A stretch of DNA of 64,000 nt from an uncultured virus (IMG/VR IMGVR_UViG_3300049847_000281) (lineage: Duplodnaviria > Heunggongvirae > Uroviricota > Caudoviricetes), in IMG/VR virus record IMGVR_UViG_3300049847_000281; one strand, given 5' to 3'. Shown in pieces: positions 1 through 8,688 of this stretch (positions are counted from its first letter, which is position 1; every line of letters starts with the position of its first letter). Made by a program: the position numbers and the translations under genes. The notes under the pieces are model-generated. The model saw only the letters and a program-made list of their open reading frames with translations, was not told where the DNA came from and did no database searches.

Positions 1-173
1 ATATGAAAAATGAAGAGGCACGATTAACTAATTTAACTGAGCGTGGGGAATAATTTATTTAATTTTTTCTCATCCAAGTTAGCAGAATCTTCAATCGGAG
101 CTATGGCGGTTTCCGATAACACTCCAGTTACAGAAACCCCTCAATCAAATCACAATTATGCGGGAATTTTTCT

Positions 174-205
174 TTTGCCCACAAAATACATTTAACCTAC
201 ATTTG
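174..205 (+). promoter_or_regulatory. Bacteroidota sigma-70-type promoter (-33 TTTG / -7 TACATTTG)
   Basis: TTTG 174-177 and TACATTTG 198-205, 20-nt spacing. ATG at 211 follows almost directly, implying a near-leaderless mRNA. Confidence 0.7.
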
Positions 206-210
206 CCCAA

Positions 211-429
211 ATGAAAGTAAGCCAACCAATCCTCAACGAATGGAAACTCCTCTCAGAAAGAGGAGACCAAGCTATGATATGCGCGCAATCCGGCATCTCA
301 AAATATAAAATAAGTTTAGCGCTCGGCTATGGCAAGTGTGACGAAAAAACATTCCAAGCCATCGCCAAATTTTATTCCGAGAAAAAAGAACGCCAGCAAA
401 ACCTTACAGCACAAGTATCGCCTTACTAA
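211..429 (+). CDS. small putative HTH/Cro-like DNA-binding protein
   Basis: 72 aa; 'GDQAMICAQSGISKYKISLAL' has helix-turn-helix character. Confidence 0.5.
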   Translation: MKVSQPILNEWKLLSERGDQAMICAQSGISKYKISLALGYGKCDEKTFQAIAKFYSEKKERQQNLTAQVSPY

Positions 430-448
430 CCCTTAAACCAAAACTGCT

Positions 449-982
449 ATGAAAAAACTAATCCTGATGACCATGTTGTTGACCTCAACAATATGCTATG
501 CCCAAACCAAAGAACGCGAACTCTCCAACGGAGAAAAGTTTACCTCAAAGGTAGGCGTGCTGATGCAAAAAGAAAACACCGACATCGGCACACTCAAGGG
601 ATGTAAGATGATGGTTGTCCACTACACCAACCTGATGGACGGCTCCGCCTCCTCGTCATTAAAATTCGAATACGATGTGGCTACCTCCTACAGCTCTGAC
701 ACAAAGATAGGACTCCTCGACCCGGACGAGGTAGACGGTCTCATCAAAACAATTACCCTCCTGCAAGAAAAAGTTTTCCCCGTAGTGCCCGTAAAATACA
801 CAGAGATTTCCTTCCACTCTCGCGGAGGATTCGAGGCGGGATGTTTCTCGAACAATAAAAAAAATACATGGGAAACGTATCTGAAGATAGAACGCTTCGA
901 TGGGAAGAGCTATGTCTTTCTTGACAAAGATGATTTTGTAAAGCTGATGGAGTTACTTGTGACGGCTAAGGCGCAATTATGA
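449..982 (+). CDS. exported protein with signal peptide (moron-like)
   Basis: MKKLILMTMLLTSTICYAQ is a typical Bacteroidota SPI signal with Q at +1. Confidence 0.7.
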   Translation: MKKLILMTMLLTSTICYAQTKERELSNGEKFTSKVGVLMQKENTDIGTLKGCKMMVVHYTNLMDGSASSSLKFEYDVATSYSSDTKIGLLDPDEVDGLIKTITLLQEKVFPVVPVKYTEISFHSRGGFEAGCFSNNKKNTWETYLKIERFDGKSYVFLDKDDFVKLMELLVTAKAQL

Positions 983-1005
983 ATATCACGGAGTAATACA
1001 CATAA

Positions 1006-1785
1006 ATGAAAATCCAATACGCCTCCGACCTGCATCTTGAATTCCCGCTCAACAGAGAGTGGATGAAAGAACACCCGCTTGAAGCGGCAGGAGATGTGCT
1101 TATTCTTGCCGGGGACATCTGCAAGCTGGCGCAAAGGGAAGATGCGGAGGAGTTCTTCGACTACCTTGACAAAAATTTCAAACACGTATACTGGGTTCAT
1201 GGTAACCATGAATACTATGGCATAATCCCGAACAACATAGTTGACTTTCAGAAGCATGTTGTGCCGCAGCAATTTAAAAAAAACATCTTTCTTATCAACA
1301 ATGCAATAGTAACATCAAGGCTCTTTGGAACAACAGAATTTATCTTTAGCACCCTGTGGTCTCACGTTCCCCCGGAGAAAGAGTTTATCGTGCAACAAGG
1401 TGTCGCAGACTACAAATACATTAACATGGGCAGCCGCATGGCTACCGTGGATGACACCAACTTCATGCACGCTAACGACCTGATATACCTGAAGCAAAAG
1501 CTGGAGGTTCCCAAAACGGGCACGCGCATCGTGACCACACACCACGTCCCCACACTGATGAACTACCCGGAGCGCTATAAGAACAGCGACATCAGCTTCG
1601 CCTTCGCCACAGAGCTGCATGACCTCATCGCAGACTCTGATGTGGACTACTGGATTTACGGGCACTCGCATTGCAACGTGCCGCCATTCAAAATAGGTAA
1701 TACTACCATGCTAACTAATCAGCTCGGCTATGTCAGACACAATGAACATCTTGAATTTAACAGAGGGGCTATAATAGAAATATGA
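1006..1785 (+). CDS. calcineurin-like metallophosphoesterase
   Basis: Motifs SDLH, LAGD, GNHE, THH and GHSH in canonical order. Confidence 0.92.
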   Translation: MKIQYASDLHLEFPLNREWMKEHPLEAAGDVLILAGDICKLAQREDAEEFFDYLDKNFKHVYWVHGNHEYYGIIPNNIVDFQKHVVPQQFKKNIFLINNAIVTSRLFGTTEFIFSTLWSHVPPEKEFIVQQGVADYKYINMGSRMATVDDTNFMHANDLIYLKQKLEVPKTGTRIVTTHHVPTLMNYPERYKNSDISFAFATELHDLIADSDVDYWIYGHSHCNVPPFKIGNTTMLTNQLGYVRHNEHLEFNRGAIIEI

Positions 1786-2384
1786 AAACGCTTAACCAAA
1801 AATATCTCGAACGCCTCAACGAGTTCAAGGACACGAACATACAGAGCGCTCTCGGAATCTTCAGGGAACAGCGAGAAATACATCCTATGTTCGTGGCTAT
1901 CGTGCCTACCTTCGAAAAGGAGAAGCATTTCGAGCTGTTCGTGGTGGCGCTGGCGAATCTCGGTGGGGAGAACTTCGAACAGAGCAAAAATAACGCAGCT
2001 GTGTTCATGGAGGTTTTTATCCAGGAGAAACAGCCTCTCGCCACCTGTCTGTTTTCCGAAGCATGGATGGTGCAGATTAAGGACGTGGAGCAGAAAGGAG
2101 GCGCTATTGCTGCATCCCAAGGACTTATTCCGTCTGAGCATCCCGACAGAGTGGAGGTGGTGAATCTTGCCTTCGAATCTTATGACATGTCCGCCCATGT
2201 GATTTTTCAGATTAAACGTCCTCCGGGGGTCGAGCCGTTTCTTGTACAGGTGTCTCCTGAGAAAAGTGAGTGGAGGAAGACACCGGAGGAGGCGAAGAAT
2301 TTCAGGTGGGCTGCGCTGTTCAAAAAGGCGGGTATAGATTTCCCGGCTCTGTTAACCAAAACATTTTCCTTTTCAGATAACTGA
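1782..2384 (+). CDS. hypothetical protein
   Basis: 200-aa ORF, ATGA-coupled to the upstream gene. Confidence 0.75.
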   Translation: MKTLNQKYLERLNEFKDTNIQSALGIFREQREIHPMFVAIVPTFEKEKHFELFVVALANLGGENFEQSKNNAAVFMEVFIQEKQPLATCLFSEAWMVQIKDVEQKGGAIAASQGLIPSEHPDRVEVVNLAFESYDMSAHVIFQIKRPPGVEPFLVQVSPEKSEWRKTPEEAKNFRWAALFKKAGIDFPALLTKTFSFSDN

Positions 2385-2386
2385 CT

Positions 2387-2692
2387 ATGAACAAGATTCT
2401 TATACAAGGGTTCTATGACGAAGCTCCATGCGTGTATGTCGACCATCAGCTCCTGCGCCCGGAGTATTCTCTTGCCGTTCGCAGGCATTCCCCCGATGGC
2501 TTCAGCTGGGGCTACCTTGGCTCAGGATGCGCACAGCTGGCATTGGCGATACTTCTTGAGGTTACGGGGCGTACGATGGCGCTGAGGTATTATCAGGAGT
2601 TTAAAGAGGGGTTTATCGCGGGGCTGCCACAGGGGAAGAACTTTGAGATTGAGCTGGATGTGGAGGCGTGGCTTAAAACACGGGAAGGATGA
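2387..2692 (+). CDS. DUF6166-like phage protein
   Basis: HSPDGFSWGYLGSGCAQLALAIL resembles the HSPxGFxWGYxGSGPxQLALA signature. Confidence 0.7.
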   Translation: MNKILIQGFYDEAPCVYVDHQLLRPEYSLAVRRHSPDGFSWGYLGSGCAQLALAILLEVTGRTMALRYYQEFKEGFIAGLPQGKNFEIELDVEAWLKTREG

Positions 2693-3270
2693 TGCAACTA
2701 CATCACATAGCGCAGTTTACGAATATCGGCATATTTGCTGTGCTGTTTGGTCTTGTCTTCGTTAATAGCTGGAGGGGTAAGAGAAATAAGATATTTGACA
2801 CGGAAAAGAACTGGAGGAGTTACCTGAAGAGGAACTACGCGATTGGGGTAGGTGTTGTTGCGGCTACTGCGATAAATATGGTAGACACCGGCATCGATTA
2901 CCTGCTGAGGGGAAGAGATTTCGACCTTTGGATATTTTGGTTTAATGTGATTATACTCCCGGTATATGTCAGGTACAGCCTGACACCATCATATAACAAA
3001 CTATTTACCAAGCGATTCTCTGAAACGAGCATCTTTTATTACATAGGAGTAGATAAAAAGCATTTCTTGAGGCACAATAAACGGTTCAATGACGATGATG
3101 TCGAGACACGGTGTTATGATTGCGGGAGAGAGATTGTTCTGCCGGGGAAATACATTACAGAAGCGATAGTAAAGAACGCACGAATGGCTTGCTATAAATG
3201 CGGGATGAAGCACAAAAAGATTTTAGAAGAAAAGACTGTCAAGTCAAACAGTGAAAAACCTGATAAATGA
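2689..3270 (+). CDS. membrane protein with C-terminal CxxC...CxxC zinc ribbon
   Basis: About 3 hydrophobic segments, then CYDC...CYKC. Confidence 0.65.
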   Translation: MMQLHHIAQFTNIGIFAVLFGLVFVNSWRGKRNKIFDTEKNWRSYLKRNYAIGVGVVAATAINMVDTGIDYLLRGRDFDLWIFWFNVIILPVYVRYSLTPSYNKLFTKRFSETSIFYYIGVDKKHFLRHNKRFNDDDVETRCYDCGREIVLPGKYITEAIVKNARMACYKCGMKHKKILEEKTVKSNSEKPDK

Positions 3271-3508
3271 AGGAATTTCTCGGCAAAACACCCGTAGCCG
3301 ATACGACTAACATCCGGGGGTAGAATGGCACAAAGACCCCCCATGCAAAATCGCGCAGAAACCGAAAAGCCGAACCCGACCCCCGACTTTCGCCAGCGTT
3401 CGAAATAGCGCGAGAAGAAAAGCGGTTGCAACGTGTTGAATGTGAGATGGAAACGAAAACCGAAACTGAAAAGCAACGTAAAAGCAAAGCAAAATTGAAA
3501 ACCGCAGC

Positions 3509-3528
3509 AGATGACCGCAGGATGACCA
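3509..3528 (+). repeat. tandem GATGACC pair matching the repeats beside the integrase
   Basis: AGATGACCGCAGGATGACCA vs AGATGACCACAGGATAACCA at 26385-26404 (18/20). Confidence 0.6.
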
Positions 3529-3618
3529 AAAAGAAAATACGCCACGAAACACCATTGAACTACAACACATTAGATAATTTTGAATAGTGCAACTATGTAC
3601 TAATCAGTCACTTACAAA

Positions 3619-3645
3619 AATAATTTAGAATCATTCTAAATTATT
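3619..3645. promoter_or_regulatory. perfect 13-1-13 palindrome, Fur-box-like operator
   Basis: AATAATTTAGAAT-C-ATTCTAAATTATT. Confidence 0.65.
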
Positions 3646-3694
3646 CGCAAAATGCTGATTGCCAACACGTTAAGGTAAGTACAGTTATAATCGC

Positions 3695-4000
3695 TTGATA
3701 GCCAGCAAAATACGAACATATTTTAGGCAAAAAAAACACCTTGAAAAAACATTGCTGGGGGTTATTTCTTTGGGTGAATTCAACCTTCTTTGCACCATTG
3801 CAACCAGCAAAGAAATTTGCACGGTGAGCAGCATACGCAAAGCAACGCGCATGAATGAACGGCAACTGAACGAATATCTCAAGCGGTTAACAGATACGCA
3901 GCTACTCAGCCGCGAGAGTGCGCGCACAGCGAGAGGCATACGATATATCTTCACTCTCAGCACAGAGGGCGAAAGGTTAATTTCTGCGGCATTGCTATAA
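3695..4000 (+). CDS. MarR-like winged-helix protein
   Basis: EFNLLCTI...TVSSIRKATRMNERQLNEYLKRL...LLSRE...IFTLSTEGERL. TTG start is uncertain. Confidence 0.6.
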   Translation: MIASKIRTYFRQKKHLEKTLLGVISLGEFNLLCTIATSKEICTVSSIRKATRMNERQLNEYLKRLTDTQLLSRESARTARGIRYIFTLSTEGERLISAALL

Positions 4001-4163
4001 ACTCAACTTTTGTAATTGATATTCAGTTAATTAGCGATGCGTTATTTTTTCTTGTAAGTATACTGATAATCAGCGACATTTATTTTAATTGGTATTGATA
4101 GTCAGCGACTTAAGTCACAAAAATAATTTGGATTAGGTGATATTTGTTTCCGTACTTTGCCCC

Positions 4164-4448
4164 GCAATCGAAAGGTTGCATCTCAGCCGAAAGGTGAAAT
4201 AAGAGAGACGGAAAGTAGACCGTTTGGCGAAAGGGAAGGTAGACAAAGCTAACGCAGAACCTTCAGAATCCTCAAGAACCCTCAAATGTGTGTTGCGAAT
4301 ATGAAAAGCAACGGGCAGCTACTACGAGACCCTCAAATAGAGGCAACCGTAAATTTTCAAAGGTAAAAATTTGTTAACTCCGCTGGGGCAATCATTCATT
4401 CCCACCAGCGGGAACGGTAACACCCGTTCGTTCAAAGTCAGTTGAAAT
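4164..4448 (+). ncRNA. candidate structured 5' leader RNA of the cassette array
   Basis: ORF-free. Hairpins GCAATC-GAAA-GGTTGC, CC-GAAA-GG, CCGCTGG..CCAGCGG and GAACGG-TAACAC-CCGTTC, plus repeated GA(A)CCCTCAA-like units. Confidence 0.4.
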
Positions 4449-4508
4449 GTGATGACGGGGCGCGTATTTTGCGCCTCGTAAACAACTAACAATCAAAAAT
4501 TTACACCA

Positions 4509-5429
4509 ATGAAAAAAGTAGTTACACATTCTGAGGTTGCTCACATGTGGGCAAATCAGACGCAAGAGGAGGCGCGAACTCCTCACGGAAATTTTTATTT
4601 CTACGGCAAAACTATCTACAGCTACGGGCGGCATTTCCCTATTGCTACGCTGATAGATGACACCGTAATTTTAACCGAACGCAGCTACAGCAACACTACA
4701 GCGGGGCACGTGCAAGACGTGAGACGCGCAGCAAGCCACAAGCCGCAAATTTTGTGTTACGAAGTTCCCGACACGAAAAAGGACACCAGCGCACATGAAA
4801 AGAACTTCGAACGCTGGGCGCAAGACGTGCGCGAAAACGTCAAGTCTCTTGAGAGAGCGCGCAAGCCCGAAATTTACGTTGGAAACATTCAACGCACCAT
4901 TGAAAAAGTTGAAAAGTATTGCAAGTTTTTCAATCTCAAACTTACCGCAGCGCAAAAGGTAGTTTTCACTCTCAGAGAGACCGCAAACTACAAAGAACTT
5001 TTAGCACTTGAGGCACACAAAAAACAACTCTTCGAAAAGAACATTCGCAGCACGGGCGCAAAGGTTTACGAACAAAGTATTGCAGCATGGAAGCAAGGCA
5101 GCGAAACAAACTTTCGTAAACAACTCACAGAGCGGCAAAAAAATCTTCTCACAGAGTATACGAAACTCACCGACCGCAACACGACTTTTTTAAGAGTGAC
5201 GGAAAGCGAAGTTGAAACCAGCAAAAGTATACGGCTACCGTTCGAAGTAGCTGAGAGATATTACCGCTGGTACAGAGCGACCGCAGCCAAAGGAGGATGC
5301 AATGGCGAATGTAACTACGAAATTTTGGGCTACAGCGTTACTGAGGCATCTGAGGCGCGCTTAGTGGTGGGTTGCCATGACATAAGCCGCGCAGAGATTG
5401 ACGCGCTGGCAGCGGCTTTAAAGTGGTAA
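4509..5429 (+). CDS. cassette 1 hypothetical phage protein
   Basis: 306 aa, starts at repeat 1. Confidence 0.85.
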   Translation: MKKVVTHSEVAHMWANQTQEEARTPHGNFYFYGKTIYSYGRHFPIATLIDDTVILTERSYSNTTAGHVQDVRRAASHKPQILCYEVPDTKKDTSAHEKNFERWAQDVRENVKSLERARKPEIYVGNIQRTIEKVEKYCKFFNLKLTAAQKVVFTLRETANYKELLALEAHKKQLFEKNIRSTGAKVYEQSIAAWKQGSETNFRKQLTERQKNLLTEYTKLTDRNTTFLRVTESEVETSKSIRLPFEVAERYYRWYRATAAKGGCNGECNYEILGYSVTEASEARLVVGCHDISRAEIDALAAALKW

Positions 5430-5507
5430 CACGGGCAAAACAAATGTGATGACGCTGGGCGTATGTTTGCCCAGCGGAAACAACTAACAATTTAAAAATT
5501 TACTACT

Positions 5508-5681
5508 ATGAAAACTATTTCGTTAACCGAATTTATCCGCGCCAACCGTGCGGACATTGACGCAGCTATTAAGCGCGTAGTTCCTAACTGTAGACTCGAT
5601 GACGCAGAGCGTAGAATGTGGATATTGAATGATGAGGGGCTTTACCGCTGGGCGAAGAGCGAAGGAGTACGCAGCATTTAA
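5508..5681 (+). CDS. cassette 2 small protein (57 aa, absent from ORF track)
   Basis: MKTISLTEFIRANRADIDAAIKRVVPNCRLDDAERRMWILNDEGLYRWAKSEGVRSI; ATG ends repeat 2. Confidence 0.85.
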   Translation: MKTISLTEFIRANRADIDAAIKRVVPNCRLDDAERRMWILNDEGLYRWAKSEGVRSI

Positions 5682-5752
5682 CCGCGTCCGCATGTGATGA
5701 CATTGCCCTACGCTGGGCAATGTAAACAACTAACAATCTAAAACTTACACCA

Positions 5753-6427
5753 ATGAAAACCGTAAAAGTAAAAGTGTTTTCACTCTCTGAACTGAGTGAG
5801 AAAGCCCAGCAGCGCGCACATGATGACTATCAAAGCACTCATGACGAAATTGCATGGTCTGACGAAAACCGTCAGACGCTGGAAGCATTCGAAAAAGTGT
5901 TTCCTATTCAAATTACCGATTGGTCTTATGGCGGACGCGGGGAGGGCGTTACCTTTCGTTCTGATATGGACGGGAAGGTAGAAGAACTTTCGGGCGTGCG
6001 GCTGGCAACCTATCTTTGGAATAACTACAAAAACCAACTTTTTGAAGAGAAGTATTACAAGTCATGGCAGACGTTAACCCGTGTATCTCACAAGAAAGTT
6101 AAGAGTGAAAAAATGACCAAAGAAACGGGCTGGACGAACCCCGAAGTATTGGGAAAGTATTGGAACAAGTACAAAGGGCTGCAATTAGAGCATAGCTGCG
6201 TTCTAACGGGATATTGCATGGACGATGAGATATTAGACCCTATTTACGCGTTCCTCGACAAGCCGCGAAACATAAACTTTCTCGACCTCCTCGAAGAGTG
6301 TTTTGACGCATGGATTAAAGCATGCAACCGAGACGTAGATTATCAGAATAGTTTTGAGTATTTTGAAAAGGAGGCAGAGGCGAATGATTATGAGTTTCTT
6401 GAGAGCGGAAAGCGCAAATGTTTCTGA
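5753..6427 (+). CDS. cassette 3 hypothetical protein (FxELSxxAxxxA family)
   Basis: 224 aa; N- and C-terminal motifs shared with cassette 7. Confidence 0.85.
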   Translation: MKTVKVKVFSLSELSEKAQQRAHDDYQSTHDEIAWSDENRQTLEAFEKVFPIQITDWSYGGRGEGVTFRSDMDGKVEELSGVRLATYLWNNYKNQLFEEKYYKSWQTLTRVSHKKVKSEKMTKETGWTNPEVLGKYWNKYKGLQLEHSCVLTGYCMDDEILDPIYAFLDKPRNINFLDLLEECFDAWIKACNRDVDYQNSFEYFEKEAEANDYEFLESGKRKCF

Positions 6428-6479
6428 GTGATGACACGGGGCAACCCGTGTAAACAACTAACAATTAAAACCTTACACC

Positions 6480-6830
6480 ATGAAAAAGACAATCAGCAGA
6501 AAACTCACCTACGTGCGTACAGACGGCTGGCGCGGGTACGAGAAACCCGTGAACTCTATCTGCGGGGCGAATGACACGGGCACGTACAGCGACTCACCGT
6601 GCCCCTCAGACGTATGCGAGAGCGAATTACAGACGTGCCGCGACATGTTACGCAAAGCGAATATAGCGTACATACAGATGACTTGCAACACGTCAAACGT
6701 CTTCTGCGTTCACCGTTACCTTTGCGTGCATCCCAGCGACCGCAAAGCAGCCGTAGCCCTATTGCAGCCGCTTGTGGCTGGCACGCGCTTACTGTACGTA
6801 GAACCCGAAGAGATTACCAGCGAAAAGTGA
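6480..6830 (+). CDS. cassette 4 Cys-rich hypothetical protein
   Basis: 116 aa; stop is the TGA of repeat 5. Confidence 0.85.
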   Translation: MKKTISRKLTYVRTDGWRGYEKPVNSICGANDTGTYSDSPCPSDVCESELQTCRDMLRKANIAYIQMTCNTSNVFCVHRYLCVHPSDRKAAVALLQPLVAGTRLLYVEPEEITSEK

Positions 6831-6883
6831 TGAGTGCCGCAGCTATGCGGCATTAAACAACTAACAATTTAAAATTTACTACC

Positions 6884-7210
6884 ATGAAAAAAGTATTCAT
6901 TCAACTCAACAAAAGTGTGATGATGGGCTATTGTTATTGGCTGATTCTCAGCGATGACAAAAAGGAGGCATTGAAAGCCGACCTACAGTTCTCAACAGGC
7001 AAAGGTGACTACAAGGAATTCGATACGCTGGCGGACGCTATGACCTACGCCAAAGAACAGGGCTGGCACGTTACAGCCCATACCAGCGTATCGTACCATC
7101 TTCAAAACCGTTTCCTCAGCGTTTACATTGACGAAGCACTCAGCGCAACGTATGAAGACACCAAAGCCAAGCAAGTGGCGGGGCTATTGCTGGAAGACTA
7201 CGGCATTTAA
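6884..7210 (+). CDS. cassette 5 hypothetical protein
   Basis: 108 aa after repeat 5. Confidence 0.85.
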   Translation: MKKVFIQLNKSVMMGYCYWLILSDDKKEALKADLQFSTGKGDYKEFDTLADAMTYAKEQGWHVTAHTSVSYHLQNRFLSVYIDEALSATYEDTKAKQVAGLLLEDYGI

Positions 7211-7269
7211 CTTTGTGATGACGGGCGCGCATGCGTCCGTAAACAACTAACAATTTAAAACCGAAACCT

Positions 7270-7758
7270 ATGAAAAACAAAATCTTAAACCAGCTACACG
7301 CCAACTCTCACAAGATGACCTTATCAGACGTTATCGAAGTCATTGCAGAGTGCCGCAGCGAAGTGCTACGCAAGTCATTCAGAGGCGAAATGAATTCGCA
7401 CCATGTGAACGCATTGCACCGCATGCACATGCAATTTCCCGAAATAGCCGAAGCACTTGAGCAGCACAAAAAGCGCAAGAGTACCGCGCTGGAAACGTGG
7501 CAAGAGAAGTACAAGCCCGTTAACAACCCGCTCACACGGGGTAACGCCTACGGCAACACGTTCTTTGAGTCACACGGCAAGGAGGCGGCATACGTGCGCA
7601 AGCATGCAGCCAAGCACCCTAACACCGTGTGGACGTACTTAACAGGCGATGGCGATGTGATTCAAAGCGGCATCCATACCGTGAACCGCTACGGCTACTT
7701 CATTACCGAAGTGCCGTATGAAGAGGGCGACACCATTACCGTAAACCTTGAAAAGTGA
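7270..7758 (+). CDS. cassette 6 hypothetical protein
   Basis: 162 aa; stop is the TGA of repeat 7. Confidence 0.85.
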   Translation: MKNKILNQLHANSHKMTLSDVIEVIAECRSEVLRKSFRGEMNSHHVNALHRMHMQFPEIAEALEQHKKRKSTALETWQEKYKPVNNPLTRGNAYGNTFFESHGKEAAYVRKHAAKHPNTVWTYLTGDGDVIQSGIHTVNRYGYFITEVPYEEGDTITVNLEK

Positions 7759-7811
7759 TGACACGGGCGCAGCAGCCCGTGAAAACAACTAACAATCTAA
7801 ACTTTACACCA

Positions 7812-8123
7812 ATGAAAACAGCAACAATCAATCTTTATCAGTTCTCAGAACTGAGCAAAGAAGCAAAGCAATTAGCTTTCAACGAACACGAAGAGTTTCT
7901 CCTCTCCGTAGGACAGGAATGTGAAAACGAAGACGGGGAAATGGTAACAGAATACGAGGAAACCATTGACGAAAAAATAGTCATTGAGAGTCTTGAAATT
8001 AACGCCTATTACTTTTTCGCAGACGGCAAATTGGCATCTTGCACTACGTACACAGGCGACCATCCAAGAGCGGGGGAAGAGGAGATGAGACTACACGGAG
8101 AAACCTACCCTCTCCAAAAGTGA
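7812..8123 (+). CDS. cassette 7 acidic protein (start corrected from 7755)
   Basis: ATG at the end of repeat 7; MKTATINLYQFSELSKEAK...; 103 aa. Confidence 0.85.
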   Translation: MKTATINLYQFSELSKEAKQLAFNEHEEFLLSVGQECENEDGEMVTEYEETIDEKIVIESLEINAYYFFADGKLASCTTYTGDHPRAGEEEMRLHGETYPLQK

Positions 8124-8176
8124 TGAGCGCGCCCGTGCTGGCGCGTTAAACAACTAACAATCTAAATTTTACTACC

Positions 8177-8635
8177 ATGAAAAAGCCAACAACCAAATTA
8201 ACCGCAGCCGAGCAAAAGCAAGCTACAGCGGAGGGGTGGGGAGTGTTCCTCAACACCGACACCAGCAAGTTAGAGATACAGCGGCTGGACGAAGAGGCGA
8301 AGTTCAAAAGCGATGACGAAGCCGTTGCGTTCATTACAGCACAGGCGGAGGGCGGCAGCGCGTTACACGTCAAAGCACTTCAGATAGTGCCGCAGCGCGA
8401 ACTCCTCACCGTTACAGAGGGCTTACGCAACTCACTTGTGAAGATGATTGAAACCCGCTGCATTGTCAACGGGGTGAAGAAGGGCAGCAAGCGGCACATT
8501 CACTTGCAAGCCGAGATTCTCATTGCCGCGTGCCATACCCTCGACTACCTCAACGGTACGCCAGCTACCAGCAGCGTAACGCCTGAGATTTACTTCTCAA
8601 TTTTGAGGGGTGATTTACTTACCGAGAAAGTGTGA
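8177..8635 (+). CDS. cassette 8 hypothetical protein
   Basis: 152 aa; stop within repeat 9. Confidence 0.85.
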   Translation: MKKPTTKLTAAEQKQATAEGWGVFLNTDTSKLEIQRLDEEAKFKSDDEAVAFITAQAEGGSALHVKALQIVPQRELLTVTEGLRNSLVKMIETRCIVNGVKKGSKRHIHLQAEILIAACHTLDYLNGTPATSSVTPEIYFSILRGDLLTEKV

Positions 8636-8688
8636 TGACGGCAGCCCTTTAGCTGCCGTAAACAACTAACAATTTAAAACTTAAACCT

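Noticed and set aside
7755..7811. N-terminal extension in ORF track (7755 start)
   Set aside because: It is simply repeat 7 read in frame; ATG 7812 fits the array pattern
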